A stretch of DNA of 64,000 nucleotides from Alphaproteobacteria bacterium. GTDB taxonomy: Bacteria; Pseudomonadota; Alphaproteobacteria; Caedimonadales; UBA1908. The translations under genes were made by a program, and so were the position numbers. Shown in pieces: positions 46,001 to 56,925 of the stretch. The stretch covers positions 64,901-128,900 of the forward strand of contig JACESU010000002.1 in assembly GCA_013911655.1 (NCBI GenBank), in the 5' to 3' direction. The stretch's first letter is position 1, and every line of letters starts with the position of its first letter. The notes beneath the pieces are model-generated. The model was not told the DNA's origin and did not search any database. It saw only the letters and a program-made list of their open reading frames with translations.

Positions 46001-47000
46001 TGAACTGCTTTCCTACGCACTGCCCCTGATCAAGCTTTTGGGTTATATGATCCTGATCATTCTCCCCCTTGTTCTTTCGGTCGCTTACCTGACCTTTGCC
46101 GAGCGTAAGGTCATTGGGTATATGCAGCTGCGTAAAGGGCCTAATGTTGTGGGGCCCTTTGGTCTGTTGCAGCCCATTGCCGACGCCCTTAAGCTTCTTC
46201 ATAAAGAAGTGATTATCCCAACCCAGGCAAGTCCTCTTCTTTTTTTAACCGCGCCTCTTTTGACCTTTTCCCTTAGCCTCATGGCATGGGCCGTCATTCC
46301 GTTTAGCGAAGGGATGGTCCTTGCTAACATTAATGTGGGTATTTTATACCTCTTTGCGATTTCCTCCCTTGGGGTCTACGGCATTATCATTGCGGGGTGG
46401 GCCAGTAACTCGAAATATGCGTTTTTGGGCGGCCTTCGATCGGCAGCGCAAATGGTGTCCTACGAAGTCTCTATCGGTTTTGTCATTGTAACCGTGCTCA
46501 TGTGTGCGGGATCCTTGAATTTATCGGACATTGTGAACGCGCAAAAAACCGTTTGGTTTGCTGTTCCATTATTTCCTATGTTTGTCGTGTTTTTTATCTC
46601 GGCCCTTGCCGAAACCAACCGCTCGCCCTTTGATTTGCCCGAGGCCGAAGCCGAGCTTGTATCAGGTTATAACGTCGAATACTCATCCATGCCTTTTGCT
46701 CTTTTCTTTTTGGGTGAATACGCCAACATGATTTTGATGAGCGCCATGACGACGATCCTCTTTTTAGGAGGGTGGCTGCCCCCCCTTGACATGAAGCCCT
46801 TTACGTTGATTCCTGGCTTTGTGTGGTTTTCCCTTAAAATCGCCTTTGTTCTGTTCTTGTTTTTGTGGGTGCGCGCAACCTTGCCCCGCTACCGCTATGA
46901 CCAACTCATGCGCCTTGGCTGGAAGGTCTTTTTGCCCTTTTCTTTGGGTTGGGTCGTGTTGACGGCGGCCGTGTTGGTTTTCTGTGATTTGGCGCCGTAG
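45993..47000 (+). CDS. nuoH: NADH-quinone oxidoreductase subunit H
   Basis: 335 aa and polytopic. [18 protein letters not shown] motif. Confidence 0.96.
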   Translation: MVDELLSYALPLIKLLGYMILIILPLVLSVAYLTFAERKVIGYMQLRKGPNVVGPFGLLQPIADALKLLHKEVIIPTQASPLLFLTAPLLTFSLSLMAWAVIPFSEGMVLANINVGILYLFAISSLGVYGIIIAGWASNSKYAFLGGLRSAAQMVSYEVSIGFVIVTVLMCAGSLNLSDIVNAQKTVWFAVPLFPMFVVFFISALAETNRSPFDLPEAEAELVSGYNVEYSSMPFALFFLGEYANMILMSAMTTILFLGGWLPPLDMKPFTLIPGFVWFSLKIAFVLFLFLWVRATLPRYRYDQLMRLGWKVFLPFSLGWVVLTAAVLVFCDLAP

Positions 47001-47011
47001 GAGAGAGATTC

Positions 47012-47500
47012 ATGCAAAAACTTTGGCTCCATTTATCTGCCTTTGGTCTAAAGGAAATCTTGTCGGGGCTTGCTTTGACCTTAAAGTACTTCTTTAAGCC
47101 CAAGATCACCTTGAACTACCCCTATGAAAAGGGTCCGCTAAGTCCTCGCTTTCGGGGGGAGCACGCGCTGCGCCGCTATGCAAGCGGCGAAGAGCGCTGC
47201 ATTTCGTGCAAGCTTTGTGAAGCGGTGTGCCCTGCCCAAGCCATTACCATCGAAGGCGGTGTGCGCAGTGACGGCAGCAGGCGTACCGTGCAGTACGATA
47301 TTGATATGACGAAATGTATTTATTGTGGCCTGTGTCAAGAGGCCTGTCCCGTGGACGCCATCGTCGAGGGGCCAAACTTTGAGTACTCGACTTTTACACG
47401 GGAAGAGCTTTTCTATGATAAAGAAAAGCTTTTGGATAATGGCGACAGGTGGGAGCCTATTTTGGCGGAAAATATTCAATCGGACCAAGCCTTTCGTTAA
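47012..47500 (+). CDS. nuoI: NADH-quinone oxidoreductase subunit I
   Basis: Two ferredoxin-type motifs, [12 protein letters not shown] and [12 protein letters not shown]. Confidence 0.96.
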   Translation: MQKLWLHLSAFGLKEILSGLALTLKYFFKPKITLNYPYEKGPLSPRFRGEHALRRYASGEERCISCKLCEAVCPAQAITIEGGVRSDGSRRTVQYDIDMTKCIYCGLCQEACPVDAIVEGPNFEYSTFTREELFYDKEKLLDNGDRWEPILAENIQSDQAFR

Positions 47501-47563
47501 AAGGATGGTATGAACCCAAGGGGACTGGTATAGTATGTGTAGCTTTTTAGTAAAATTTAGCCA

Positions 47564-48484
47564 ATGATCTTAGGGCTCGCCTTTTATCTGTTTGCAACGC
47601 TTTTGCTTCTGGCAAGCCTGGGGGTAATCCTTGCGCGCAACCCGGTCCATGGGGTGCTTTCTTTGATTGTCGCCTTTTTTAATGCGGCAGCCCTCTTTGT
47701 TCTTTTAGGGGCCGAGTTTTTAGCCATGCTCCTTGTGATTGTTTACGTGGGGGCGGTTGCTGTTCTGTTCCTTTTCGTTGTGATGATGCTTGATATCGAG
47801 CCCGGTAAACCAAAGCGCGTTGCTGGCAGGATGAAACACATCATGCGCGGGGTGGGCGCTCTTGGGTATTACATGGCCATTTTCGTACCATTATGGCTCG
47901 GTGTGTATGCGCTGATCTCTTGGGCGCCAAGCCTGCTGTCCCCTGATTGGTCCTTGTGGCAAGAAGGCTTGCCGCTTGTGGGGACCTTCATCCTTCACAA
48001 AGTCGAGGTGTCGTCCCTTGCTTTGACAGCCTCAGGCGCGCTTCTAGTGGTTTGCCTTCTTTTTGCAGCTCCCCTTGCCCGGCGCTGGGGCGGGGTTTCT
48101 GGGATCGCAGCCTTTCTCGAGCTTTTAGAGTATCTACCTCTTTCCTGGATGGTGGGGCTTCTTATCGTGGGCGAGCTTCTTTTCTTCTCGGGCACTTGGT
48201 ATTCGTCAGGTTTTGCTGCGCAAAGTGTGAACGCGCCCCTTCCCCCGACGGATCTTGTGGGCAATACCCAGGCGCTGGCTTCTCTTTTGTACCGCTACTA
48301 CGTTTATGTGTTTCAAGCGTGCGGTCTTGTGCTGTTGGTTGCTATGATCGGGGCGATTGTCTTGACTTTGCGTAAGAAAACGACCTTGCGCCGACAAAAT
48401 ATTCTCGAGCAAGTCACGCGCAATCCCAAAGACTGCGTCACACTTATCACCATCCCAGTGGGAGAAGGGGTTAAAGATGTTTGA
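47564..48484 (+). CDS. nuoJ: NADH-quinone oxidoreductase subunit J, unusually long (306 aa)
   Basis: The conserved N-terminal block ([53 protein letters not shown]) and C-terminal block (YLPL...[27 protein letters not shown]) are in one frame. They are separated by ~110 extra residues. Confidence 0.92.
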   Translation: MILGLAFYLFATLLLLASLGVILARNPVHGVLSLIVAFFNAAALFVLLGAEFLAMLLVIVYVGAVAVLFLFVVMMLDIEPGKPKRVAGRMKHIMRGVGALGYYMAIFVPLWLGVYALISWAPSLLSPDWSLWQEGLPLVGTFILHKVEVSSLALTASGALLVVCLLFAAPLARRWGGVSGIAAFLELLEYLPLSWMVGLLIVGELLFFSGTWYSSGFAAQSVNAPLPPTDLVGNTQALASLLYRYYVYVFQACGLVLLVAMIGAIVLTLRKKTTLRRQNILEQVTRNPKDCVTLITIPVGEGVKDV

Positions 48485-48788
48485 GATCACCCTGAACCAT
48501 TATTTAGTTGTGGCAGCCCTTGTTTTTAGTATAGGAGGGGCGGGACTTCTTGTGGGACGGCGCAACCTAATTGCCCTTCTTATGTCCATCGAACTTATGC
48601 TCTTGGGTGTGAACATTAACATGGTTGCTTTTTCTGCATCCTTAAAGGATCTCGTGGGGCAGCTCTTTACCCTTTTCATTTTGACCATTGCCGCAGCCGA
48701 GGCTGCCATTGGGCTTGCCATTTTGGTGGTTTATCAACGTCAACGTCAGACCATCGATGTGGATGACGTCAGCCGGATGAAAGGATAA
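48477..48788 (+). CDS. nuoK: NADH-quinone oxidoreductase subunit K
   Basis: 103 aa, 3 [15 protein letters not shown] motif. It overlaps the nuoJ stop by 8 nt. Confidence 0.95.
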   Translation: MFEITLNHYLVVAALVFSIGGAGLLVGRRNLIALLMSIELMLLGVNINMVAFSASLKDLVGQLFTLFILTIAAAEAAIGLAILVVYQRQRQTIDVDDVSRMKG

Positions 48789-48792
48789 CCCC

Positions 48793-50694
48793 ATGGCCCT
48801 TATTGCGGTTTTTGCCCCTTTAATCGGCTTTCTTCTCGTCAGTTTCCTTGGCCGGTATCTGGGAGATAAGGCAAGCGCGATCTTGACAACCGCCCTTACA
48901 GGAACGGCGTGCGTGTGCGCGTGGCTTTTGTTTCCAGGGGTTGCTTTTGAAAGTCAGATCTATGACATTACGCTGCTACGCTGGATTGATGTGGGGTCTT
49001 TCCAAGTCAGTTGGGGGATTTATCTTGATACGCTGTGTCTTGTGATGGTCTGCGTTGTGACAACGGTTTCTTCTATCGTGCACCTTTATTCCATCGGGTA
49101 TATGGAGCATGACAAGGGTCTTGCGCGGTTTATGTCATACCTAAGCCTTTTTACCTTTATGATGCTCATGCTTGTGACATCACAAAACCTGATTCAGCTG
49201 TTCTTTGGCTGGGAGGGGGTAGGGCTTGCGTCCTACCTTTTGATCGGCTTTTGGTATCACAAGCCGTCTGCCAGTGCGGCCGCCATCAAGGCCTTTGTTG
49301 TGAACCGCGTGGGGGACCTCGGGCTTGTCCTTGGGATTGGTCTTTTGTATGGCCTTTACGGCACCCTAGACATCAAAACCCTTCTATCCCTTTGTACCCA
49401 GTATCCCCATGATACCCTTTCCTTTGCAGGGATGTCCGTGAATGCCCTTGAGGTTGCGGCGGTCCTTCTGTTTGTGGGGGCTATGGGTAAGTCGGCTCAG
49501 CTAGGGCTTCATACGTGGCTACCTGACGCCATGGAAGGCCCAACCCCAGTGTCAGCCCTTATTCACGCGGCAACCATGGTGACAGCCGGTGTCTTTTTGC
49601 TTGCGCGTCTATCGCCTTTGTACGAGCTTGCGCCCCACGCCCGCACCCTTGTAACGGTCGTGGGGGCCACGACCGCTTTCTTTGCGGGCACCGTGGCGCT
49701 CGCACAAAACGATATCAAACGGGTTATCGCGTACTCCACCTGTAGTCAACTGGGGTATATGTTCTTTGCTGCCGGCGTGTCGGCGTACGGGGTGTCAATC
49801 TTTCACCTTGTGACCCACGCTTTTTTCAAAGCGCTCTTGTTCTTGGGCGCGGGGGCAGTGATCCATGCGCTCTCGGACGAGCAAGACTTGCGTAAAATGG
49901 GCGGCATTTGGCGGGCCGTTCCTGTCAGCTGTACCATGATGTGGATTGGCAGCCTTGCTCTTGCCGGGATGCCGTTTTTTGCGGGCTATTATTCCAAGGA
50001 TGCGATTTTAGCGGCTGCTTGGCATGCAGATACCGCGGCCGGTCATTATGCCTTTTGGATGGGCATTGGCGCCGCCTTTTTGACGGCCTTTTATTCGTGG
50101 CGTCTTTTGTACCTTGCCTTTGCGGGCAAGCCCCGGGCCGATGAAAAGGTCATGGGGCATCTCCACGAGCCTGGATTTACTATGCTAATACCGCTTTTGC
50201 TTCTAAGCATTGGCGCGCTTTTTTCAGGGTATCTTGGGAATCCTTTTGTGGGCGATAAGGCCTTTTGGTCGGGGGCGCTCGTCTTGACAGAAGAAGGGCA
50301 TTTACCGGGGCTTCTTCATTATTTGCCGACCCTAGCGGGGGGAAGCGGCATTTTGCTTGCAACCTACTTCTACCTTAAGGCCCAAGGGGTTGTAGATCAT
50401 ATTGCTCAGAGATTTCAAGGGCTTTATCAATTCCTTCTTAACAAATGGTACTTTGATGAGTTGTACGAGATTCTCTTTGTTAAAAGTGCCAAAGCACTCG
50501 GTCTTTTCTTTTGGCAAAAGGGCGATCAAAAAACCATTGATGGTTATGGTCCCGATGGAATCGCCAGATGGTCGCTTTCGGTCGCAGCGCGCGCCAGTGA
50601 GTTTCAAACGGGTTATCTTACCCACTATGTTTTTGTGATGTTGCTGGCTGTGGGGATCACGGTTGGTGCGCTTGTTTTCTGGCAAGGAGGCTAG
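48793..50694 (+). CDS. nuoL: NADH-quinone oxidoreductase subunit L
   Basis: 633 aa antiporter-like subunit with the WEGVGLASYLLIGFW motif. Confidence 0.96.
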   Translation: MALIAVFAPLIGFLLVSFLGRYLGDKASAILTTALTGTACVCAWLLFPGVAFESQIYDITLLRWIDVGSFQVSWGIYLDTLCLVMVCVVTTVSSIVHLYSIGYMEHDKGLARFMSYLSLFTFMMLMLVTSQNLIQLFFGWEGVGLASYLLIGFWYHKPSASAAAIKAFVVNRVGDLGLVLGIGLLYGLYGTLDIKTLLSLCTQYPHDTLSFAGMSVNALEVAAVLLFVGAMGKSAQLGLHTWLPDAMEGPTPVSALIHAATMVTAGVFLLARLSPLYELAPHARTLVTVVGATTAFFAGTVALAQNDIKRVIAYSTCSQLGYMFFAAGVSAYGVSIFHLVTHAFFKALLFLGAGAVIHALSDEQDLRKMGGIWRAVPVSCTMMWIGSLALAGMPFFAGYYSKDAILAAAWHADTAAGHYAFWMGIGAAFLTAFYSWRLLYLAFAGKPRADEKVMGHLHEPGFTMLIPLLLLSIGALFSGYLGNPFVGDKAFWSGALVLTEEGHLPGLLHYLPTLAGGSGILLATYFYLKAQGVVDHIAQRFQGLYQFLLNKWYFDELYEILFVKSAKALGLFFWQKGDQKTIDGYGPDGIARWSLSVAARASEFQTGYLTHYVFVMLLAVGITVGALVFWQGG

Positions 50695-50695
50695 T

Positions 50696-52237
50696 ATGGG
50701 CGACCTTCCTTTATTGTCCCTCGTAATTTTTCTGCCCCTTGTGGGAGCCCTTGTGGTGCTGCTCATTAAGGGACCTGAAGAAATCATGTCGCGTAACGCC
50801 TGGGCGGTGGGGCTTTTGTCAAGCGGGGCAACCTTCATCCTGAGTCTTGTGCTGCTTGCACACTTTGATCACAAGGTCACGACGTATCAACTTCTTGAAA
50901 GCTATGCGTGGCTGCCAGGTCTGGGTATTTATTATCAGGTAGGTCTCGATGGTATTTCCTTGCCTCTTGTGTTGCTGACAACCCTCTTGGTGCCGATCGC
51001 ACTTCTTGTGAGTTGGACCAGCATTAAAAAGAAAATCAGAACCTACGTCATTGCGTTTCTTCTTCTGGAAACCATGATGCTTGGGTCCTTTTGCGCCCTT
51101 GATTTGCTGCTATTTTATATTTTCTTTGAAGGGGTACTTATTCCCATGTTCTTGATTGTGGGGATTTGGGGGGGAGACAGACGCGTTTATGCAGCCCTTA
51201 AGTTCTTTCTTTACACGCTTCTTGGATCCGTTTTGATGCTGGTGGCGATCATCTACATCTACCGTCAAGTAGGCGCAACAGAACTACAACAAGTCGAGGC
51301 TTACCGCTTTGCAAGGGACGCTCAGCTTTGGCTCTGGCTTGCGTTCTTTGCATCTTTTGCTGTAAAGATGCCCATGTGGCCCGTGCACACGTGGCTACCT
51401 GATGCCCACGTAGAAGCCCCCACGGCGGGCTCTGTGCTTTTGGCCGGTGTCATGCTTAAGATGGGCGCGTACGGCTTCATGCGTTTTTCCCTGCCCCTAT
51501 TTCCCCAAGCGTCCGCTTATTTCGCGCCGGCCGTTTTTGCTCTGAGCGTTATTGCCGTTGTCTATACGTCTTTGACGGCCCTCGTGCAAAAGGACATGAA
51601 AAAGCTTATTGCCTATTCGTCTGTGGCCCACATGGGATTTGTCACGTGCGGTCTTTTTACCTTTTCCTTAGAAGGCGCGCAGGGAGCGTACTATCAAGTC
51701 ATCAGCCACGGCTTTGTGTCGGCAGCCCTGTTCCTTTGTGTGGGTGTGCTTTATGACCGTCTTCATACCCGTGATATTGGTGCCTATGGGGGTATCGCAA
51801 AACTCATGCCTTTGTACGCGACCCTTTTCCTTATCTTTACCCTGGGCAGTATTGGCCTTCCAGGAACTAGCGGCTTTGTGGGAGAGGTTTTGGTCTTAGT
51901 CGCGGCCTTTCAGGTCAAGGGCCTTCTTGCTTCTGGAATGGGGCTTGGTGTGATTTTAGGAGCGGCTTACGGCCTATGGCTTTACGGACGTGTGGCCCTT
52001 GGGCCCCTTGAAAAGGACTCCCTTAAAAAACTTCTTGATCTGACCTGGGTTGAAAAGGCCGCTCTTTATCCCTTGGTGGCGCTGACCCTCTTTTTTGGGG
52101 TGTATCCCACACCTCTTTTGAAAATGAGTGAGGGCGCGATCAAAGAGATGCTCGCTCCCTACGTACAAGGACACGCAAACGAGCAAGCACCGCACACGCT
52201 CGCGGTACCGATGAGGACACATGACATTATTGGGTGA
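50696..52237 (+). CDS. nuoM: NADH-quinone oxidoreductase subunit M
   Basis: Antiporter-like subunit with DAHVEAPTAGSVLLAGVMLKMG. ATG 50696 lies directly after the nuoL stop; the ORF-track start at 50663 overlaps nuoL. Confidence 0.95.
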   Translation: MGDLPLLSLVIFLPLVGALVVLLIKGPEEIMSRNAWAVGLLSSGATFILSLVLLAHFDHKVTTYQLLESYAWLPGLGIYYQVGLDGISLPLVLLTTLLVPIALLVSWTSIKKKIRTYVIAFLLLETMMLGSFCALDLLLFYIFFEGVLIPMFLIVGIWGGDRRVYAALKFFLYTLLGSVLMLVAIIYIYRQVGATELQQVEAYRFARDAQLWLWLAFFASFAVKMPMWPVHTWLPDAHVEAPTAGSVLLAGVMLKMGAYGFMRFSLPLFPQASAYFAPAVFALSVIAVVYTSLTALVQKDMKKLIAYSSVAHMGFVTCGLFTFSLEGAQGAYYQVISHGFVSAALFLCVGVLYDRLHTRDIGAYGGIAKLMPLYATLFLIFTLGSIGLPGTSGFVGEVLVLVAAFQVKGLLASGMGLGVILGAAYGLWLYGRVALGPLEKDSLKKLLDLTWVEKAALYPLVALTLFFGVYPTPLLKMSEGAIKEMLAPYVQGHANEQAPHTLAVPMRTHDIIG

Positions 52238-53687
52238 TTTCATACCGGGGCTTCCGGAAATTTTTATGGCGTTTGCGGGGCTTGTGCTGCTGCTTTGGGG
52301 GGTATTTGCGCCAAAGGCGGCAAAGCACATGCCCGAAGCCGTTATGGGCACCTTTTTGCTGACCATGTTGCTTATTCTATGCTTGCCCACAGACCAAGAG
52401 CAAATGGCATTTTACGGCCTGTTTTTGAGCAGCGGTTATACGCAGTTTGCCAAATTGTTGCTTCTGGGATCATGCTTTGCGGTGTTCCTCATGAGCTATG
52501 ATCAGCTTCATAAAGAAGACGTCACCGACTATGAATATGGTCTTTTAATGCTATTTTCGACCCTTGGCATGATGGTGATGGTGTCGGCTAATGATCTTAT
52601 TGCCCTATTTGTGGGGCTTGAACTTCAAAGCTTACCCCTTTACGTTATGATCGCCATGCAAAAAGACCGCCCCTTGGCAAGCGAAGCTTCCCTTAAGTAC
52701 TTTATCTTAGGAAGCCTTGCGACTGCATTTATTCTGTATGGGTCAAGCCTTGTGTACGGCTATACGGGCACAACCCAATACGCAGGCCTTGCTCAAGCTT
52801 TGTCCACCCAAGAAGAGGTCGTAGCACCCTTCCTGTATGTCGGCCTTGTCTTCTTAGGGCTCGGTCTTGCCTTTAAAATGTCGCTGGCGCCCCTTCATAT
52901 GTGGACGCCCGATGTCTATCAAGGAAGTCCGACCCCGGTGACAGCTTTTCTGGCAGCAGCCCCCAAGGCCGCCGCTGTTTTTCTTTTGGTGCGTGTTCTT
53001 CACGAAATTTTCTCGGATCAGATGATAGTGTGGCAAACTCTTTTGATGGGGCTTAGCGTCTTGTCCATGCTTTTTGGGGCGTTCGGAGCCCTGTACCAAA
53101 CGGATATCAAACGTCTTTTGGCTTATAGCTCTATTGCTCACATGGGCTTTATCACCTTAGGTCTTGTGAGTGGGACCTTTGGCGGCGTTAAAAGCATTTT
53201 TGTGTACGCAGCTATTTACCTTGTGATGGTAATCGGCGCGTTTGCGTGCGTCTTGTCGCTTCGTCGTCACGGAAAACTCATCGAGAAAATTGATGACTTG
53301 GCAGGCCTTTCCAAAGAAATGCCTCTTGTGGCGAGTGCTTTTACGGTCAGCCTTTTTTCCATGGCGGGGATTCCGCCCCTTGCGGGTTTTATGGCAAAAC
53401 TGAGTGTTTTTCTGTCTGTGGTTGAAGCCGGGTTTTATCTGTTGGCCGTGGTAGGTGTGGTCGCAAGTGTCATCACCGCCGCGTACTACCTTAAGGTTGT
53501 AAAGGTCATGTACTTTGATCCATCGCCAAGCGCCCAAGACGGCATGACCCTTGATCCAAGGCAAAGTAAGCCCACAACCTTGATTATGGTGACAGCCCTT
53601 CTTTTGATGGTTACGTACCTCTTCTACCCTGACGTCTTGATGGAGCCTGCCCACCGCGCGGCGCAGGCGCTCTTTTACCGTACGTAA
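52221..53687 (+). CDS. nuoN: NADH-quinone oxidoreductase subunit N
   Basis: 488 aa antiporter-like subunit with the TPDVYQGSPTPVTAFL motif. Confidence 0.95.
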   Translation: MTLLGDFIPGLPEIFMAFAGLVLLLWGVFAPKAAKHMPEAVMGTFLLTMLLILCLPTDQEQMAFYGLFLSSGYTQFAKLLLLGSCFAVFLMSYDQLHKEDVTDYEYGLLMLFSTLGMMVMVSANDLIALFVGLELQSLPLYVMIAMQKDRPLASEASLKYFILGSLATAFILYGSSLVYGYTGTTQYAGLAQALSTQEEVVAPFLYVGLVFLGLGLAFKMSLAPLHMWTPDVYQGSPTPVTAFLAAAPKAAAVFLLVRVLHEIFSDQMIVWQTLLMGLSVLSMLFGAFGALYQTDIKRLLAYSSIAHMGFITLGLVSGTFGGVKSIFVYAAIYLVMVIGAFACVLSLRRHGKLIEKIDDLAGLSKEMPLVASAFTVSLFSMAGIPPLAGFMAKLSVFLSVVEAGFYLLAVVGVVASVITAAYYLKVVKVMYFDPSPSAQDGMTLDPRQSKPTTLIMVTALLLMVTYLFYPDVLMEPAHRAAQALFYRT

Positions 53688-53697
53688 GAGCGCGCCC

Positions 53698-54444
53698 ATG
53701 TCCCTTTGGCACGTGGTGGAGAAAGAGGTTGTCACCTCAACCATGGACGAGATCAAATCGCTTCTTGGAGATAAGAGTTTTATCGCCTTGCAAGCCTACA
53801 ATCAAACCAAGGGTCGGGGGCGGCGCGGAAATGTTTGGGAATGTGGCAAAGGAAACCTCTTAATTTCTTTTGCTGTTATGGTGCCAAGTGCGCGGGCAGC
53901 CCACTTGCCCGAGTGGGCTTTTGGGGTGGGGGTTGCGCTGGCGCGTACGCTTAAAACCTATCTCCCTTCTGATCTTTGCCACCTTAAGTGGCCTAATGAC
54001 GCACTTTTTGATGGTCAAAAACTCTCAGGACTTTTGGTGGAAAGCTACGTCGATCCGCGTACAGGTCACCTGTGGGCCATCGCGGGCATAGGGTTGAACG
54101 TCCACGAAAAGCCGCTTCTTGCAGAAAGGCCCACCGCCTGTCTTGCAGACATGCTAGATCCTTGCCCGTCTCTTAAAAGCGTTCGAGATCTGCTTCTTCA
54201 AAATTTGAGCGAGGCCTATGACGTGTGGAATGAAAAGGGGTTTCCAGCCATTCGCCTCCAGTGGCTTTCACTCGCTCACCCTCCTGGAACACCCCTTATG
54301 GTCAGGCAAGGAGATCAAGAAATACACGGATCGTTTGTGGACCTTGATCTTCAGGGCAGGCTCTTGCTAAAGAAGAGGGATGGAACGGATCTGACCATGA
54401 CGGCAGCAGACGTCTTTTTAGAGCCAAAAGGAGAAACACCGTGA
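53698..54444 (+). CDS. birA: biotin--[acetyl-CoA-carboxylase] ligase (group I, no HTH)
   Basis: 248 aa. Biotin-binding loop GRGRRGNVW. The position after nuoN is typical of alphaproteobacteria. Confidence 0.85.
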   Translation: MSLWHVVEKEVVTSTMDEIKSLLGDKSFIALQAYNQTKGRGRRGNVWECGKGNLLISFAVMVPSARAAHLPEWAFGVGVALARTLKTYLPSDLCHLKWPNDALFDGQKLSGLLVESYVDPRTGHLWAIAGIGLNVHEKPLLAERPTACLADMLDPCPSLKSVRDLLLQNLSEAYDVWNEKGFPAIRLQWLSLAHPPGTPLMVRQGDQEIHGSFVDLDLQGRLLLKKRDGTDLTMTAADVFLEPKGETP

Positions 54445-55262
54445 TTTTGGTTGCTGATATTGGAAATACCAATGTATGTGTGGCGCTTTTTGAAAAAAAT
54501 GCCCTCTTACACGTGTGGCGTTTTGCAAGCCTACGCCAACGACCTGCCGATGAATGGCAGCTGCTGTTAGCCCAAGCCCTTCAAGCCATTGGACAATCCT
54601 TCGAGCGCTTAGAAGCCTTTATTGTTTGCTCCGTCGTCCCTGAAATATCCGAAGCTTTTACCTGCGTGGGCGAACGCATTTTCAAAGAACGCTTCTTGAT
54701 GTTGGGCAAAGAAGGCTCTCCTTTTCCTCATAAAGCCCTTATTGATCATCCGGGTGAAGAGGGCGCGGATCTTATGGTCAATGCGTACGCTGCTCATACG
54801 CTTTACGGACCTGGACCTCTTTTTGTTGTGGATTTTGGGACGGCGACCACCGTGACAAAGGTCGACGATCAAGGAAACTTTTGCGGGGTTGCCATTGCGC
54901 CAGGGATGAATTTGTCCGCAGACGCCCTTTTTAAAGCGGCGGCGGGTCTTCCCCGGTTATCCCTTAAAAAACCCACCAAGGTTGTGGGGACAAATACTGT
55001 TGATTCCGTCAGGTCTGGCTTGTTTTGGGGCTATATCAGCCTTGTGGAAGGGCTTTTGACCCGCGCCCAGCGCGAATCTGGGTTCGAGCGCCCTGTCAAA
55101 GTTATCGCAACAGGCGGGATGGGACACCTGTTTGCCCATGAAATTCCCATGATTGATACGTATGATCCCGATTTAACGTTGAAGGGATTAAAAGTGATTT
55201 ACGCCTATTTGTGCGAGAAAGGATTAATAGATTTTTATGAGGAACAATACAAAGCAGTATAA
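54441..55262 (+). CDS. coaX: type III pantothenate kinase
   Basis: ASKHA motifs DIGNTN and VDFGTATT. GTG start after AAGGAG. Confidence 0.88.
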   Translation: MILVADIGNTNVCVALFEKNALLHVWRFASLRQRPADEWQLLLAQALQAIGQSFERLEAFIVCSVVPEISEAFTCVGERIFKERFLMLGKEGSPFPHKALIDHPGEEGADLMVNAYAAHTLYGPGPLFVVDFGTATTVTKVDDQGNFCGVAIAPGMNLSADALFKAAAGLPRLSLKKPTKVVGTNTVDSVRSGLFWGYISLVEGLLTRAQRESGFERPVKVIATGGMGHLFAHEIPMIDTYDPDLTLKGLKVIYAYLCEKGLIDFYEEQYKAV

Positions 55263-56895
55263 CCCCGAAGAGTTACTCTTTTTACCCTTGGGGGGGGCTG
55301 GCGAGATTGGGATGAATCTCAATCTTTATGGCTATGGTGGTAAATGGCTCATGGTCGATTTGGGGGTTACTTTTACCCAAGATTTAGGCCTTGAGGTTTT
55401 GATGCCTGATCCGGCCTTTATCGTTGAAAATAAAAAGGATCTGGTGGGTCTTGTGTTGACCCATGCCCACGAGGATCACATTGGGGCGGTTCCATACTTG
55501 TGGACGCGCCTAAAATGTCCGATCTACGCCACCCCCTTTACAGCCGCCCTTGTGCGCGCAAAGCTCAAAGAAGCTGGGATTTTACACGAGGTCACCCTTC
55601 ACGAGATTCCCTTAGGCGGTGCCTTTGAGATGGGGCCATTTTCGCTTCAGTATATTTCCCTGACCCATTCGATTCCCGAGCCCAACGCCCTTGTGATTAA
55701 GACTGGAGCGGGTGTGGTTGTTCACACAGGAGATTGGAAGATCGACGAAGATCCTTTGATTGGACAGAGGACAGACGTCGCGGCCCTTCAAAAACTTGGC
55801 GATGAAGGGGTGCTGGCGCTTGTGTGCGATTCGACCAACGTCTTTGAAAAAGGGCACACAGGGTCCGAAGCAGAAGTGCGTAAGCACATGATTCCTCTCA
55901 TCAAAAAGCAAAAAGGACGTGTGGTTGTGGCGTGTTTTGCCAGCAACGTGGCGCGCCTTGCCACCGCCTTTGAGGCGGCCGCACAAACGGGTCGCCGGGT
56001 CGCCCTTGTGGGCAGGTCCTTGCACCGCATGTTAGAGGCCGCACGCGCTTGTGGTTATATTAAAACGGATCTGCTCTTAAAAGAAGAAGACGTGAAAAGT
56101 GTGCCACGGGATGAATTACTTTTGGTGTGCACGGGGTCCCAGGGCGAGTCAAGAGCCGCTCTTTCCCGTATTGCTGCGCGCCAGCATCCCCATGTAAAAC
56201 TGGAAGAAGGGGATACGGTAATTTTTTCTTCAAGGCGGATTCCGGGCAATGAGGACCAGATCAAAGTAGTCCAAGAGGCCCTGACGCAGCGGGATATTAT
56301 CTTGATTACCGACCGGGATGCCCACATCCATGTGTCGGGACATCCGTCCCGCGGCGATTTGAAGGACATGTACACCTGGGTGCGTCCCCAGATTTTGATT
56401 CCTGTGCACGGAGAGAATGCTCACATGCGCGAGCAAGCAAAATTTGGTCTGAAGTGCGGGATTCCCCAAGCCCTTGTGCCACGAAACGGCGACATTTTGG
56501 CAGTTAACACCGAGCGTGCGGGCGTTGTGGATGAAGTGACCTGGGGACGCCTTGCCCTTGACGGTATGGAGCTTGTGCCCAATACAGGTCCCATGGTGAA
56601 AGAACGTCAAAAACTAGCAAGTGCAGGCGTCGTCAGCGTAAGCGTGCGCCTTGTGAAGGGACGCCTTAAAGAGTCTCCTCAGATAAGCCTTTTAGGTGTT
56701 GTTGAGCGAGAGTTTGAAGCCCGTGTGAGAGAGGATATCCTTGAGAACCTGCATATGCTTATTGATGTGACGCCTGTTGAGAAGCTCACGACCGAGGCCA
56801 CCCTTAAAGAGCTGATTAGTGTGACCGTGCGCCGGGCGCTTCAAGCCTTTAAGGGCAAGAAACCACTTGTAATGTCTCATATATTTTTTTCATAA
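55237..56895 (+). CDS. rnj: ribonuclease J (metallo-beta-lactamase/beta-CASP)
   Basis: 552 aa. N-terminus FLPLGGAGEIGMN and the HAHEDHIG metal motif. Confidence 0.9.
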   Translation: MRNNTKQYNPEELLFLPLGGAGEIGMNLNLYGYGGKWLMVDLGVTFTQDLGLEVLMPDPAFIVENKKDLVGLVLTHAHEDHIGAVPYLWTRLKCPIYATPFTAALVRAKLKEAGILHEVTLHEIPLGGAFEMGPFSLQYISLTHSIPEPNALVIKTGAGVVVHTGDWKIDEDPLIGQRTDVAALQKLGDEGVLALVCDSTNVFEKGHTGSEAEVRKHMIPLIKKQKGRVVVACFASNVARLATAFEAAAQTGRRVALVGRSLHRMLEAARACGYIKTDLLLKEEDVKSVPRDELLLVCTGSQGESRAALSRIAARQHPHVKLEEGDTVIFSSRRIPGNEDQIKVVQEALTQRDIILITDRDAHIHVSGHPSRGDLKDMYTWVRPQILIPVHGENAHMREQAKFGLKCGIPQALVPRNGDILAVNTERAGVVDEVTWGRLALDGMELVPNTGPMVKERQKLASAGVVSVSVRLVKGRLKESPQISLLGVVEREFEARVREDILENLHMLIDVTPVEKLTTEATLKELISVTVRRALQAFKGKKPLVMSHIFFS

Positions 56896-56925
56896 TAGAG
56901 GAAAAATATAAACGGAGCATCAGAA

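Noticed and set aside
47947-48375. 142-aa out-of-frame ORF inside nuoJ. I considered whether the long NuoJ is a frameshift or assembly artefact.
   Set aside because: The conserved N- and C-terminal NuoJ blocks sit in one continuous frame without stops. The alternative frame is Arg/Ser/Cys-rich with no membrane-protein character. The insertion is therefore reported as a finding rather than as a pseudogene.
50332-50838. 168-aa - strand ORF (and similarly 53157-53756, 199 aa)
   Set aside because: They are antisense to nuoL/nuoM and to nuoN/birA respectively, and are shadow ORFs.
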